This document shows positions 1 to 8,746 of a stretch of 64,000 nt of DNA, one piece after another. Location: assembly GCA_963806165.1 (NCBI GenBank), contig CAWDWZ010000003.1, positions 72,233 through 136,232 of the forward strand, written 5' to 3'. Under the pieces are notes generated by a model. The model was not told where the DNA came from and made no database searches. It saw only the letters and a program-made list of their open reading frames with translations. Position numbers and translations under genes: made by a program. The stretch is from Thermoanaerobaculia bacterium (GTDB lineage Bacteria > Acidobacteriota > Thermoanaerobaculia > Multivoradales > JAGPDF01). Numbering within the stretch: position 1 is the stretch's first letter; each line of letters opens with the position of its first letter.

Positions 1-799
1 CCTCCACCGTGACGGTCGTCCCGACGTGCTTCTCGATGTAGTCGACGAAGTCGGTGGGGCTTCCGAGGGGACGGCCGTCGACGCTCCGCACCTCGTCGCC
101 CAGCCGGAACCCGGCCGACTCGGCGGGACTGCCGGCGACGACGTCGCCGATCTTCGGCAGGAGCTTGGGGTAGATGCCGGCATCCCCGAAGTCGAAGTCC
201 GCGGGCTTCACGGGGGTGAGGCGAACCGAGCTCCGTTCTCCGTTGCGCAGGATCTCGAGCTCGAGAGGCTTGCCGATTCCGGTGAGAATCTGGAATGCGA
301 CATCCTGCCAGCGGCTCACCTCCTTGCCGTCGATGGCGACGATCTCGTCTCCGGGCAGGAGCCCGGCCGCTTCGCCCGGGGAACCCGCTTCCACGGTTCC
401 CACGACCGACGGCACGCTCTGCAGCGCCGGCACCTCGATGCCGACCATGAACAGCCCGGCGATGAGCAGAATCGAGAGCACCGCATTCATCGCCGGGCCC
501 GCGAGGTAGACCAGGACGCGCTGCCAGCGCGGCTGGTTGAGGAAGTCGCGCGGGTCGTCCGTCGAGTCCGACGGCTCCTCACCCGAGAGCTTGACGTAGC
601 CGCCCAGCGGGACCAACGAGATGCGGTAGTCGGTCTCGCCGACTTTCCAGCCGAACAGGCGCTTGCCGAAGCCGAGGGAAAAGGCGAGCACCCTCATGCC
701 GAATGCCTTGGCGACCAGCAGATGCCCGGCCTCGTGGACGAAGATGATGACTCCGAGGGCGAAGATGAAGGCAGCTGTATTGGAGGCGAGGTGCAGCAT
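1..799 (-). CDS. rseP: RIP zinc metalloprotease RseP (site-2 protease), N-terminal 266 codons; 3' end lies beyond the window start
   Basis: Minus-strand ATG at 797-799. The translation MLHLASNTAAFIFALGVIIFVHEAGHLLVAKAFGMRVLAFSLGFG carries the HExxH site, followed by a PDZ-like segment GSPGEAAGLLPGDEIVAIDG. The frame is open to position 1, so it has no stop in the window and is absent from the ORF track. Classic uppS-cdsA-dxr-rseP synteny. Confidence 0.85.
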   Translation of the reverse strand, partial: MLHLASNTAAFIFALGVIIFVHEAGHLLVAKAFGMRVLAFSLGFGKRLFGWKVGETDYRISLVPLGGYVKLSGEEPSDSTDDPRDFLNQPRWQRVLVYLAGPAMNAVLSILLIAGLFMVGIEVPALQSVPSVVGTVEAGSPGEAAGLLPGDEIVAIDGKEVSRWQDVAFQILTGIGKPLELEILRNGERSSVRLTPVKPADFDFGDAGIYPKLLPKIGDVVAGSPAESAGFRLGDEVRSVDGRPLGSPTDFVDYIEKHVGTTVTVE

Positions 800-813
800 G
801 GGGGCGGTGGAGA

Positions 814-1983
814 CTATCGCGACCGGTTGCGCTTGGAAAGCGCCTCCCCGGCGCGCTCGCGTCCCCAGCGATCCCACTCGAGCGCCGCTTCGAGGTCGGC
901 GAGCGGCTCGGCAAGGTGGGCAGCGAGCACATCCGAGACGACGGCGAGGATGTCCGAGAAGCCGATCTCGCCATCGAGGAAAGCGTGGACCGCCACTTCG
1001 TTGGCTGCGTTCAGAACGACCGGCGCGCTCTCACCCGCCGCGAGCGCGGCGCGCGCCAGGCGGACCGCCGGGAAGCGCTCGTTGTCGAGCGGCTGAAACT
1101 CGAGTGTGCCCAGCTCCTCGAGCGCGAGGCGCGGGAAGGCGTTCGGCCACCGTTCGGGATAGGCGAGCGCGTACTGGATCGGAAAGATCATGTCGTTGGG
1201 CGAGAGCTGGGCGAGCCAGGAGCCGTCGCAATACTCGACGAGGGAGTGCACCAGCGAGCGCGGATGGACGACGACGTCGATGGCGTCCGGATCGATGCCA
1301 AAAAGGTGCGAGGCTTCGATGAGCTCGAGCCCCTTGTTGACGAGAGTCGCCGAATCGACGCTGATCTTGGCGCCCATGGACCAGGTCGGGTGGCGGAGAG
1401 CGTCCTCCCTGCGGATCGTCGAGAAAGTCGCGGGGTCGCGGTTCAGGAACGGACCTCCCGAGGCAGTCAACACCAGACGCCGGACTTCCGTGCGGGCGCC
1501 ACAACGCAGCGCCTGATGGAGAGCGACGTGCTCGCTGTCGATCGGCACGATCTCGGCGCCGGTCTTGTGCGCGAGCTCGGTCAGCAGCCGACCGGCGACG
1601 ACCAGCGACTCCTTGTTGGCCAACGCGACCGACTTGCCCGCGGCGAGCGCCGCCGCGACCGGCGGCAGGCCAGCGGCCCCGACGATCGCCGCGACGACTT
1701 TGTCGACCGCGGGGTGAGTGGCGGCGGCGAGCAGAGCGGCCGGCCCGGTCTCGAGCTCGACGCCGGGCGGAAGCACCGGCCGCAGCTGCCGTGCGATCTC
1801 GGGGTCGACGACAGCGAGGAGGAGCGGACGAAATTCCCTCACCAGGGCCAACAGGGCTTCGGGATTCCGCCCGTGGGCGCCGAGCGTCACGATGGAGAGG
1901 CGGTCGGGATGATGCCGCACGACTTCGACCGTGCTCTCGCCGATCGACCCCGTGGCGCCCAGGAGCGCGAGTCGTTGGGTCAT
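814..1983 (-). CDS. dxr: 1-deoxy-D-xylulose-5-phosphate reductoisomerase
   Basis: Last 389 codons of track ORF 814..3156, starting MTQRLALLGATGSIGESTVEVV (GxTGSIG NADPH motif). ATG 1981-1983 overlaps the cdsA stop (ATGA). TAG stop at 814-816. Confidence 0.95.
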   Translation of the reverse strand: MTQRLALLGATGSIGESTVEVVRHHPDRLSIVTLGAHGRNPEALLALVREFRPLLLAVVDPEIARQLRPVLPPGVELETGPAALLAAATHPAVDKVVAAIVGAAGLPPVAAALAAGKSVALANKESLVVAGRLLTELAHKTGAEIVPIDSEHVALHQALRCGARTEVRRLVLTASGGPFLNRDPATFSTIRREDALRHPTWSMGAKISVDSATLVNKGLELIEASHLFGIDPDAIDVVVHPRSLVHSLVEYCDGSWLAQLSPNDMIFPIQYALAYPERWPNAFPRLALEELGTLEFQPLDNERFPAVRLARAALAAGESAPVVLNAANEVAVHAFLDGEIGFSDILAVVSDVLAAHLAEPLADLEAALEWDRWGRERAGEALSKRNRSR

Positions 1984-2798
1984 CGCGGCGGCCCGATACG
2001 GGCGATCCAGAGCGCGAGCAGCATGACCGGTGCTGCCAGGAACATGGCGTCGAAGCGGTCGAACATTCCGCCATGTCCGGGCAGGATCGCCCCCGAGTCC
2101 TTGACCTGCGCGGCACGCTTGACGAGGGACTCGACGAGATCGCCGACCTGGCTCGCGATCGCCGTCGCCAGAGCGACGGCGAGAAGCGCGGGGTCGATGG
2201 CGCCCTGCCGCCAGAGCGACCAGACGAGCGTCGCGACGAGGGAGGTCGCGAGACCGGCGAGCGCGCCTTCCCAGGACTTCTTGGGTGAGACGACCGGTGC
2301 GAGGCGATGCCTCCCCCAGGCCGAGCCGACGTAGTAAGCGGCCGTGTCCCCGAGCCAGACGATGGCGAGGAGGAGGAAGAAAATCCAGGGATCGCGCTGC
2401 TGGAGAATGGTGAGGCTGGCCACCGGGGCGGCGAAGTAGAGCGTCGCCCAGGCGAGCACCGCGGAAGCCGGAATGGCCTGCTCTACCGGAGTGCGGGTGA
2501 GCAGAACCACGATCGGCGGAACGATGCCGACCGCGGCGACGGCGGCGAGCAGCCAGTGGGCATCCAGAGGGGCGCCGAGCGCGAGTGCGCGCTCGAGCGC
2601 CAGAGCGCCGAGCGGAGCGGTGAGCAGCAGGAGGCGCCAGGGCGCCTGCGGGGCGAGAGCTCGGACCAGGCCGATGAACTCGAGCGCCGCCCACTCGAAG
2701 ACCCCCAGCAGCAGGAGGAGAAAGGCCCACTCCGGAAATCCGAAAACGGCGAAGAGCGCAGCGGGAACGCCGATCGCAGCCGTGACGAGGCGTTTCAT
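1980..2798 (-). CDS. cdsA: phosphatidate cytidylyltransferase
   Basis: Track ORF of 272 aa, a multi-pass hydrophobic protein with the C-terminal signature SLVKRAAQVKDSGAILPGHGGMFDRFD. Lies between uppS and dxr. Confidence 0.9.
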   Translation of the reverse strand: MKRLVTAAIGVPAALFAVFGFPEWAFLLLLLGVFEWAALEFIGLVRALAPQAPWRLLLLTAPLGALALERALALGAPLDAHWLLAAVAAVGIVPPIVVLLTRTPVEQAIPASAVLAWATLYFAAPVASLTILQQRDPWIFFLLLAIVWLGDTAAYYVGSAWGRHRLAPVVSPKKSWEGALAGLATSLVATLVWSLWRQGAIDPALLAVALATAIASQVGDLVESLVKRAAQVKDSGAILPGHGGMFDRFDAMFLAAPVMLLALWIARIGPPR

Positions 2799-2822
2799 CG
2801 ATCTGATCCGGAGACCAGCGCG

Positions 2823-3665
2823 TCAGCTCTGGTTGGACTTCTGCGCGGTCGCGGACGAAGGCGCGTGGCTCCGGCCGCTCCCGCCGCCCTGGTCGGCAGG
2901 GGACTCGATGCCACCGAAGCGGCGTTCGCGGCTCTGGAACGAGACGACCGCTTCGAGGAGGTTCTTCAGGCGAAAATCGGGCCAGAGGGTCGGGGTGACG
3001 AAGATCTCGGTATAGGCGATCTGCCAGAGAAGGAAGTTCGAGACCCGCATCTCGCCGGAGGTGCGAATCAAAAGATCGGGATCCGGCTGGCCGGCGGTAT
3101 CGAGGGCTGCCGACAGCGTCGCCTCGTCGATATCGATGCGTTCGCCCGCGGCCCATCCGCTGACGATCTTCCTGCAGGCGTCGAGAATCTCGCAGCGTCC
3201 GGAGTAGTTGAGGGCGATGTTGAACACCATCCGCTTGCCCGCCGCGGTCTTGTCGAGCGCCTCCTCGAGCGCCTTGATCACGGACGGATCGAGCTCACGC
3301 CACCGGCCCAGGATGCGCAGCCGGATGTCGTTGTCGACGAGCGTCCGGATCTCGCGCCGGAGGAACTCCTGGAGCAGATTCATGAGCGTCCAGACCTCGT
3401 GGCGCGGCCGCTTCCAGTTCTCGATCGAGAACGCGTAGAGCGTCAGGAATTCGATCCCCAGCCGGGCGGCGCTCTCGACCGTCTCGCGGACCGCCGAGAC
3501 CCCGGCGCGATGACCCTCGATGCGCGGCAGGAAACGCTTCCCCGCCCAGCGCCCGTTGCCGTCCATGATGATGGCGACATGCCGGGGCAGCCGGTCGAGG
3601 TCGACCTGGCGCAACAGGGTCTCTTCCAGCGATCCGGGTTCGACCCGCAACGATGTTTCGGACAT
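2823..3665 (-). CDS. uppS: di-trans,poly-cis-undecaprenyl-diphosphate synthase
   Basis: Track ORF 2823..3674 begins at a TTG; the first ATG is at 3663-3665 (MSETSL). Motifs HVAIIMDGNGRWA and LLIRTSGEMRVSNFLLWQ are those of cis-prenyltransferases. Confidence 0.9.
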   Translation of the reverse strand: MSETSLRVEPGSLEETLLRQVDLDRLPRHVAIIMDGNGRWAGKRFLPRIEGHRAGVSAVRETVESAARLGIEFLTLYAFSIENWKRPRHEVWTLMNLLQEFLRREIRTLVDNDIRLRILGRWRELDPSVIKALEEALDKTAAGKRMVFNIALNYSGRCEILDACRKIVSGWAAGERIDIDEATLSAALDTAGQPDPDLLIRTSGEMRVSNFLLWQIAYTEIFVTPTLWPDFRLKNLLEAVVSFQSRERRFGGIESPADQGGGSGRSHAPSSATAQKSNQS

Positions 3666-3670
3666 TCGAT

Positions 3671-4486
3671 TCAAGTTACCACAGCGTCGGCAGAGTCGTA
3701 GTCGATACGTTCCAGGAAGAGCGCGTGCGCGGGGGAGGTCGGCCCCGCCGTGGCGCGCTCGCCGCCCTCGAGCAGGGCCGCGAAACTCGCCACCGAGCGC
3801 TGACCGAGGGCGACCTCGAGCAGGGTTCCCACGACTCCGCGCACCATGCCGCGCAGAAAGCCGTCACCGGCGACACGCAGCGTGAGGCCGGCAGTCTCGT
3901 TCTCCCAGGCGGCGCGAAAGAGCGTCCGGATCGGCGAGCGATGGCTGCCTCCGGCGAGGGCGAAACAGGAGAAGTCGTGTCTTCCGGGCAGCCTGAGGGT
4001 GGCAGTCCGGAGCTTTTCGAGCTCCAGGCGATCGGGAACCGCGAGGACGAAAGGCGCGAGATCCGGGGGCACGAGGCGTCCGGGGCGGATGCAATAGGCG
4101 TACTCCTTGGCCCGGGCGGAGAAGCGGGCGTGGAATCCAGGCGGCGCGAGACGGGCTGCGAGAAGCCGGATGCCGCGCGGCAGTCGATGATTGCTACCGA
4201 AGACCAGGCCGCGGTTCGAGAACGGGCGGGTGAGATCGATATGCGCCACCTGGGCGCGGGCATGGACGCCGGCGTCCGTGCGGCTCGCTCCGACGACCGC
4301 GACGTTCTCGCCGACGAGATCCTCGAGCGCCGCCTCCAGGCGCGCCTGGACGGTGTCAGCGTTCGGTTGGCGCTGCCAGCCGCCGAAGCCCGTGCCGACG
4401 TAGGCAATGTCGAGGCGATAGCGATAGAGCCCGGGCGCCACCGCATGGTCGCGCGCCGGGTCGTCCGGAAGGGGCGTAAGACTCAT
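3671..4486 (-). CDS. truA: tRNA pseudouridine(38-40) synthase TruA
   Basis: C-terminal 271 aa of track ORF 3671..4624, from ATG 4484-4486 (MSLTPL). Motifs YRYRLDIAYVGTGFGGWQRQ and GASRTDAGVHA (catalytic Asp). The stop abuts the uppS start. Confidence 0.9.
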   Translation of the reverse strand: MSLTPLPDDPARDHAVAPGLYRYRLDIAYVGTGFGGWQRQPNADTVQARLEAALEDLVGENVAVVGASRTDAGVHARAQVAHIDLTRPFSNRGLVFGSNHRLPRGIRLLAARLAPPGFHARFSARAKEYAYCIRPGRLVPPDLAPFVLAVPDRLELEKLRTATLRLPGRHDFSCFALAGGSHRSPIRTLFRAAWENETAGLTLRVAGDGFLRGMVRGVVGTLLEVALGQRSVASFAALLEGGERATAGPTSPAHALFLERIDYDSADAVVT

Positions 4487-4514
4487 GACCGCCAGATCAT
4501 CCCTCAGGAAAATA

Positions 4515-4574
4515 GGGACAGGCACACATTTCCCGCATTTCCTGGAGGGAGGTGAGGAAATGTGTGCCTGTCCC
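4515..4574. promoter_or_regulatory. Perfect 19-bp inverted repeat (GGGACAGGCACACATTTCC / GGAAATGTGTGCCTGTCCC) with a 22-nt loop, in the divergent truA-GNAT intergenic region
   Basis: Arms at 4515-4533 and 4556-4574 are exact reverse complements. The loop cgcatttcctggagggaggtga contains a GGAGGGAGG SD-like run. The right arm contains the in-frame ATG 4560-4562. T-tracts flank it on both strands (gattttc on plus, tattttc on minus). The region is AT-richer than its surroundings. Confidence 0.7.
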
Positions 4575-4613
4575 GATTTTCGGTCAACCCGATCGGAAGG
4601 CGGCTTGGGTAGG

Positions 4614-5180
4614 ATGTCCCTCATGGTGGCGAATCGCGAGCCGCGGCAACGCCGGGTGACCCTTCGGGCGGCGCTCCCGGGAGATGCCGCGAACCTCTTC
4701 GCGTGGCGGCTGGAGGAGTCGGTGCGGCGTCACCAGCCGCTGCAGGAGACGACCGTCGCCGAGCTCCGGGCCGATCTCGCGCGTCAGCGGCTGGACGATC
4801 TCTATCGTGGACGAGGCGAGCGTTTCCAGTGGATCGTCCTCGTCGACGGCGAGTCCGCCGGCTGGATCACGCTCGCCATCCTCTCCTGGGAGCACGGCCT
4901 GGCCGAGATCGGTTACGCGCTCGCGAGCGCGTATCAGGGCATGCGCCTCATGGCGGAGGCGCTCGGCCAGTTGCTGCCCGAGCTCTTCGTCGCGGTCGGA
5001 ATCGAGCGCCTCGAAGCGCGCTGCTCGGTGGAGAACGTGCGCTCCCAGAGCCTGCTCGAGCGCCTCGGATTCGTTCGCGAAGGGCGGCTGCGCAGCTACT
5101 TCTCGCTGCACGGAGTCCGCATCGACAACTTCCTCTACGCCCTCCTGCGCGACGAGTTCCTGGAGCACCCCGCCGAATGA
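4614..5180 (+). CDS. GNAT family N-acetyltransferase (RimJ/RimL-like); alternative in-frame start at 4560
   Basis: In-frame part of track ORF 4485..5180. ATG 4614 gives 188 aa (MSLMVANRE). Upstream ATG 4560 has a much stronger SD but lies inside the hairpin. Acetyltransferase pattern WIVLVDGESAGWITL ... GYALASAYQGMRLMAEAL ... ENVRSQSLLERLGFVREG. Confidence 0.8.
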   Translation: MSLMVANREPRQRRVTLRAALPGDAANLFAWRLEESVRRHQPLQETTVAELRADLARQRLDDLYRGRGERFQWIVLVDGESAGWITLAILSWEHGLAEIGYALASAYQGMRLMAEALGQLLPELFVAVGIERLEARCSVENVRSQSLLERLGFVREGRLRSYFSLHGVRIDNFLYALLRDEFLEHPAE

Positions 5181-5223
5181 GGCGGGCAAGCACCAACGCG
5201 CAGCGCGCGGGGCGCTCTGAGCC

Positions 5224-7422
5224 TTAGAGCAGCTCGAGCGTGGCGTAGCGCGCGATCAGCTTCTTCTTGCCGGCGCGCTCGAAGAAGATCGTGAACTTGG
5301 CGTCGTCGCCCTCCCCCTCGAGCTCGAGGACGACACCCTGTCCGAGCGTCGGATGGCGGACGCGACTGCCGCGCTTGGGGCCGTGCGAGCTGGTTGCCGG
5401 AAGTGGCGAGAGCGCTGCCGGACGGCCGTAGAACTCGGCGATCGGGCGGGTGCGCTCGGACTGGTAGAGCCGGGGGCTCTCGGAGATCTCCAGCAGGTTC
5501 TCGGGCACCTCGGCGAGGAGCGGCGACTCGCGCTGATCCTGGTAGGCGCCCGCGATCCGGCGGCGGCGACAGCAGGCGAGGAGGAGGCGCTCCTTCGCCC
5601 GCGTCATGCCGACATAGAACAGCCGCCGCTCCTCTTCCAGATCCTCGCTCTTGCCCTGGGAATTCCAGTGCGGGAGAAGACCGTCTTCGAGGCCGGGAAG
5701 AAAAACCACCGGGAACTCGAGGCCCTTCGCGCTGTGCAGCGTCATCAGCGAGACCCCGCGTTCGCCGTCCCAGGCGTCGAGGTCGGAGACCAGGGCGACG
5801 TGGTCGAGAAAAGCGGTGAGCAGGTCCTCGTCCTCGCCGCTGCCGTAGCTCTTCGATTCGGTGAAGTTCTGCGCCGCCGAGAGGAACTCGCGGATGTTCT
5901 CGAGCCGCGCCTGCTCCTCCTCGTTGTCGCGACGGAACATATCGGTGTAACCGGTCTTCGCCAGGACCTCGTCGAGGAGCGCCGGCAGAGGAAGCTCCTC
6001 GGCGGCCTTGCGCAGCGACTGGATGAGCGTCCGGAAGTTCCGCAGGGCGGTCGCCGCGCGGGCCGGGAAGCTGCCCAGCGAGTCGACCTCGAGCACGTCC
6101 CAGAGTGTCGCCCCGAGCTGGACGGCGCGCTCCTCGAGCATGGCCACGGTCGTCTTGCCGATGCCGCGCGGCGGGACATTGAGGATGCGCGAGAGCGAGA
6201 AGGCGTCGCGCGGATTGCGCAGCAGGCGAAGGTAGGCAACCAGGTCCTTGATCTCGGAGCGCTCGTAGAAGCGCACGCCTCCGACCATGGTGTAGGGAAT
6301 CCGATGGCGGAAGAACTCGTCCTCGAAGGCCCGTGTTTGGGCGTTGGTGCGCACCAGGATCGCCATTTCCGAGAGGGCGTGCCGGCCGCGCAGACCGGTG
6401 AGCTCCTCGACCACCCAGGCCGCCTCTTCGAGCTCGTCGCCAGCGCGATGGAGCGCGATCGACTCGCCGCGGCCGGCGGCTGTCCAGAGCTTCTTGCCGC
6501 GGCGCAGAATGTTGTGCGAGACGACGGCGTTGGCGGCGTCGAGAATGGCGCCGGTCGAGCGGTAGTTGCGCTCGAGCTTGCGCACCGCGGCGCCCGGAAA
6601 GTGCCGTTCGAACTCGAGGATGTTCGCGAGATCGGCCCCGCGCCAGCGATAGATGCCCTGATCTTCGTCGCCCACGGCGGTCAGGTTGCCGTGCGCTCCG
6701 GCGAGCTCGGCGACCAGGGTGAGCTGCGCCTGGTTGGTGTCCTGGAACTCGTCGACGAGCAGGTAGCGGGTGCGTTGACGCAGGCGGTCGGCGATCTCCT
6801 TGTGCTCGGTGAAGAGCCGCACCGCGAGGCTCATCATGTCGTCGAAATCGACGCCGGAGGCCTGCGCCACCAGCGCCTGATAGCGGCGGTAGACCCGGGC
6901 GACGCGCTGCTCGAAGAAGTCTCCCGCTTGGCGCTCGTACTCGGCGGGCGACAGCAACCGGTTCTTCGCGCCGGAGATCGCCGCGAGGAGCGTGCGGGGC
7001 GGGAAACTGGTCTCAGACACGCCCTCGGCCGCCATCGCCTGCGTCACCAGGCGCTTCTGGTCGTCGGCGTCGAGGATCGCGAAGTCGCGCGGCAGGCCGA
7101 CGCGCTCGCCATAGCGGCGCAGCAGGGTCAGGGCATAGCGGTGAAAGGTGCCGACGAAGGTCGGAAGCGGGAAAAGGTCGAGCAGCCGTTCGACGCGGTC
7201 GCGCATCTCGCCGGCCGCCTTGTTGGTGAAGGTGACGGCGACGATCGAGCCCGGATCGACGCCGCGCTCCTGCACCAGCCAGGCGACGCGATAGGTGATG
7301 ACGCGGGTCTTGCCCGAACCGGCGCCGGCGAGCACGAGCTGCGGCCCGTCGCCGTGGGTGATGGCGGCGAGCTGGTCGGGGTTGAGCTCTTGGGCGAAGT
7401 CGATGTGGGTTGCCGCGGACAT
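5224..7422 (-). CDS. uvrD: ATP-dependent DNA helicase, UvrD/PcrA family
   Basis: 732 aa. SF1 helicase motifs AGAGSGKT (Walker A), VTFTNKAA, DEFQDTNQ, TLHSAKGLEF and YVGMTRAKE. Confidence 0.95.
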   Translation of the reverse strand: MSAATHIDFAQELNPDQLAAITHGDGPQLVLAGAGSGKTRVITYRVAWLVQERGVDPGSIVAVTFTNKAAGEMRDRVERLLDLFPLPTFVGTFHRYALTLLRRYGERVGLPRDFAILDADDQKRLVTQAMAAEGVSETSFPPRTLLAAISGAKNRLLSPAEYERQAGDFFEQRVARVYRRYQALVAQASGVDFDDMMSLAVRLFTEHKEIADRLRQRTRYLLVDEFQDTNQAQLTLVAELAGAHGNLTAVGDEDQGIYRWRGADLANILEFERHFPGAAVRKLERNYRSTGAILDAANAVVSHNILRRGKKLWTAAGRGESIALHRAGDELEEAAWVVEELTGLRGRHALSEMAILVRTNAQTRAFEDEFFRHRIPYTMVGGVRFYERSEIKDLVAYLRLLRNPRDAFSLSRILNVPPRGIGKTTVAMLEERAVQLGATLWDVLEVDSLGSFPARAATALRNFRTLIQSLRKAAEELPLPALLDEVLAKTGYTDMFRRDNEEEQARLENIREFLSAAQNFTESKSYGSGEDEDLLTAFLDHVALVSDLDAWDGERGVSLMTLHSAKGLEFPVVFLPGLEDGLLPHWNSQGKSEDLEEERRLFYVGMTRAKERLLLACCRRRRIAGAYQDQRESPLLAEVPENLLEISESPRLYQSERTRPIAEFYGRPAALSPLPATSSHGPKRGSRVRHPTLGQGVVLELEGEGDDAKFTIFFERAGKKKLIARYATLELL

Positions 7423-7516
7423 CTCGCCCGACTTTAGCAGCCGGCGTCGCGGTGCCTTGGGCGGGCAGCGGGCGGCGACGAGGGTCCGCGCTGCAAGTGT
7501 CGGATGATCGGCGCTC

Positions 7517-8629
7517 TCAGCCGAGCCGGGTCGCCGAGTAGGGAGCGAGGTCGATCGCCGTCGGTCGCCCGAGCAGGCTCGCGGCGACGAGGTCGGCGCT
7601 CGCCGGCGCGAGCAGTATGCCGTGGCGGTGGTGACCGGTGGCGAAGAAGAGCCCGGGGACGGCGCCCGGTCCGAGAAGCGGCAGCCCGTCCGCGGTCGCC
7701 GGGCGGAAGTTCGACCACGATTCGAGATAGGGCGCGGCGGCCAGGAGGGGCGCGGTCTCCACCGCCATGCCCAGGATCCGCAACAGACCGTCGGCGGTGA
7801 CCGCCTTCTCGAATCCGGCCTCCTCCATCGTCGAGCCGCACAGGATCCGGCCGTCGGGGCGCGGGACCAGATAGCCCTTGGGCGAGAAGACGACGCGCGA
7901 CAGGAGCTCTCGGCGACTTTCGAGCACCACCATCTGGCCGCGCACCGGGCGCACTGAATCCGCCGGCAGGCCGTTGCCCTCGACGCGGCTGGACCAGGCG
8001 CCGGCGGCGAGCAGCACGGCGTGAGCGGCGACGCGCCCCGACTCGTGGTCGACGCCGACGGCGCGACCCTTCTCGACCACGATGCGTTTCACCCGGCCGG
8101 CGACGAAGTGGGCTCCGGCGCCGGCGGCCGCGATGGCGAGCGCGCGCGCGAGCGGCTTCGGATCGAGGCTCGCTTCGGCGCTGAAGAAGTAGCCGCCGCA
8201 AGCGGTCGTCGAAAGCGCGGGCTCGTGGGCGCGCAGGGCGGCGCCGTCGAGCCACTCGGTGGAAACACCCAGCGCGACCAGCCGGGGAAGGTCGGCGCGC
8301 CAGAGCTCGGCCTCCTCAGCGCCGAAGACGATGCGCAACGTGCCGTTGGTCCGGAACGAAAGGTCGATGCCGGTGAGCGCCTGGAGCTCCTCGGCGAAGC
8401 GGGGCCAGCGGCGCATCGAATCCTGGGCGAGCTCGAGCAGCGGTCCGCCGTGCTGGGCCTCGACGCCGGGCGAGAGGATGCCCGCCGCCGCGCTCGACGC
8501 TTCCGCGCCGGGGACGCTGCGTTCGGCGACCACCACGCTCGCGCCCGCCTGGGCGAGCCGCAGGGCAGTGGCACAGCCGTGGACCCCCGCGCCGATGACG
8601 ACGACGTCGCACGTTTGCATCGCGGTCAT
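7517..8629 (-). CDS. FAD-dependent oxidoreductase, glycine oxidase (ThiO)/DAO-like
   Basis: C-terminal 370 aa of track ORF 7517..10393, from ATG 8627-8629. MTAMQTCDVVVIGAGVHGCATALRLAQAG is a GxGxxG FAD fold. No thiS/thiG neighbours, so the function is kept generic. Confidence 0.8.
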   Translation of the reverse strand: MTAMQTCDVVVIGAGVHGCATALRLAQAGASVVVAERSVPGAEASSAAAGILSPGVEAQHGGPLLELAQDSMRRWPRFAEELQALTGIDLSFRTNGTLRIVFGAEEAELWRADLPRLVALGVSTEWLDGAALRAHEPALSTTACGGYFFSAEASLDPKPLARALAIAAAGAGAHFVAGRVKRIVVEKGRAVGVDHESGRVAAHAVLLAAGAWSSRVEGNGLPADSVRPVRGQMVVLESRRELLSRVVFSPKGYLVPRPDGRILCGSTMEEAGFEKAVTADGLLRILGMAVETAPLLAAAPYLESWSNFRPATADGLPLLGPGAVPGLFFATGHHRHGILLAPASADLVAASLLGRPTAIDLAPYSATRLG

Positions 8630-8746
8630 GCCACCGGCAACGGCGGTCCGAGGAGCTCCATGTCGCGAAGGATGGCACAGGTCCGACCGCGGCGGCTTCC
8701 GAGGCCGGCCGAGCGACGCGCGCGCAGAGAGCATAGAATTCGGGCG

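Noticed and set aside
26-1096. 356-aa plus-strand ORF (and nested ORFs 174..509, 663..1322, 916..2334) covering the window start
   Set aside because: These ORFs are antisense or out of frame to clearly recognisable rseP and dxr. Their composition is Arg/Ala/Gly/Pro-rich with no motifs. They are typical shadow ORFs of high-GC DNA.
814-3156. 780-aa track ORF, and similar giant ORFs 7517..10393, 8021..10024, 14388..17327, 17794..19125, 23394..25373, 32529..33908, 44722..46743 and 59980..62118, taken as single proteins
   Set aside because: Only the C-terminal portions match real families (dxr, FAD oxidase, DUF362, napB, Haem_bd, GT2, GDPD, NUDIX, TPR). The N-terminal extensions overlap neighbouring genes and are low-complexity. 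Internal starts with SDs, stop-start overlaps or signal peptides were chosen instead.
5353-7437. 694-aa plus-strand ORF opposite uvrD, and likewise 10176..11663(-), 14801..17623(+), 33424..36507(-), 37716..38948(-), 50119..52803(-) and 53121..54242(-)
   Set aside because: Each is antisense to a gene with strong family motifs (uvrD, FG-GAP, napA, S8 protease, GGDEF/SDR, tldD/pmbA, ychF). The sequences are monotonous and R/A/G/E/D-rich, with no recognisable domains.
8630-8746. Possible TPP riboswitch upstream of the ThiO-like gene (minus strand)
   Set aside because: I could not find the conserved CUGAGA ... ACCUGAUCUGGAUAAUGCCAGCG core on either strand. No thiamine biosynthesis genes are adjacent.
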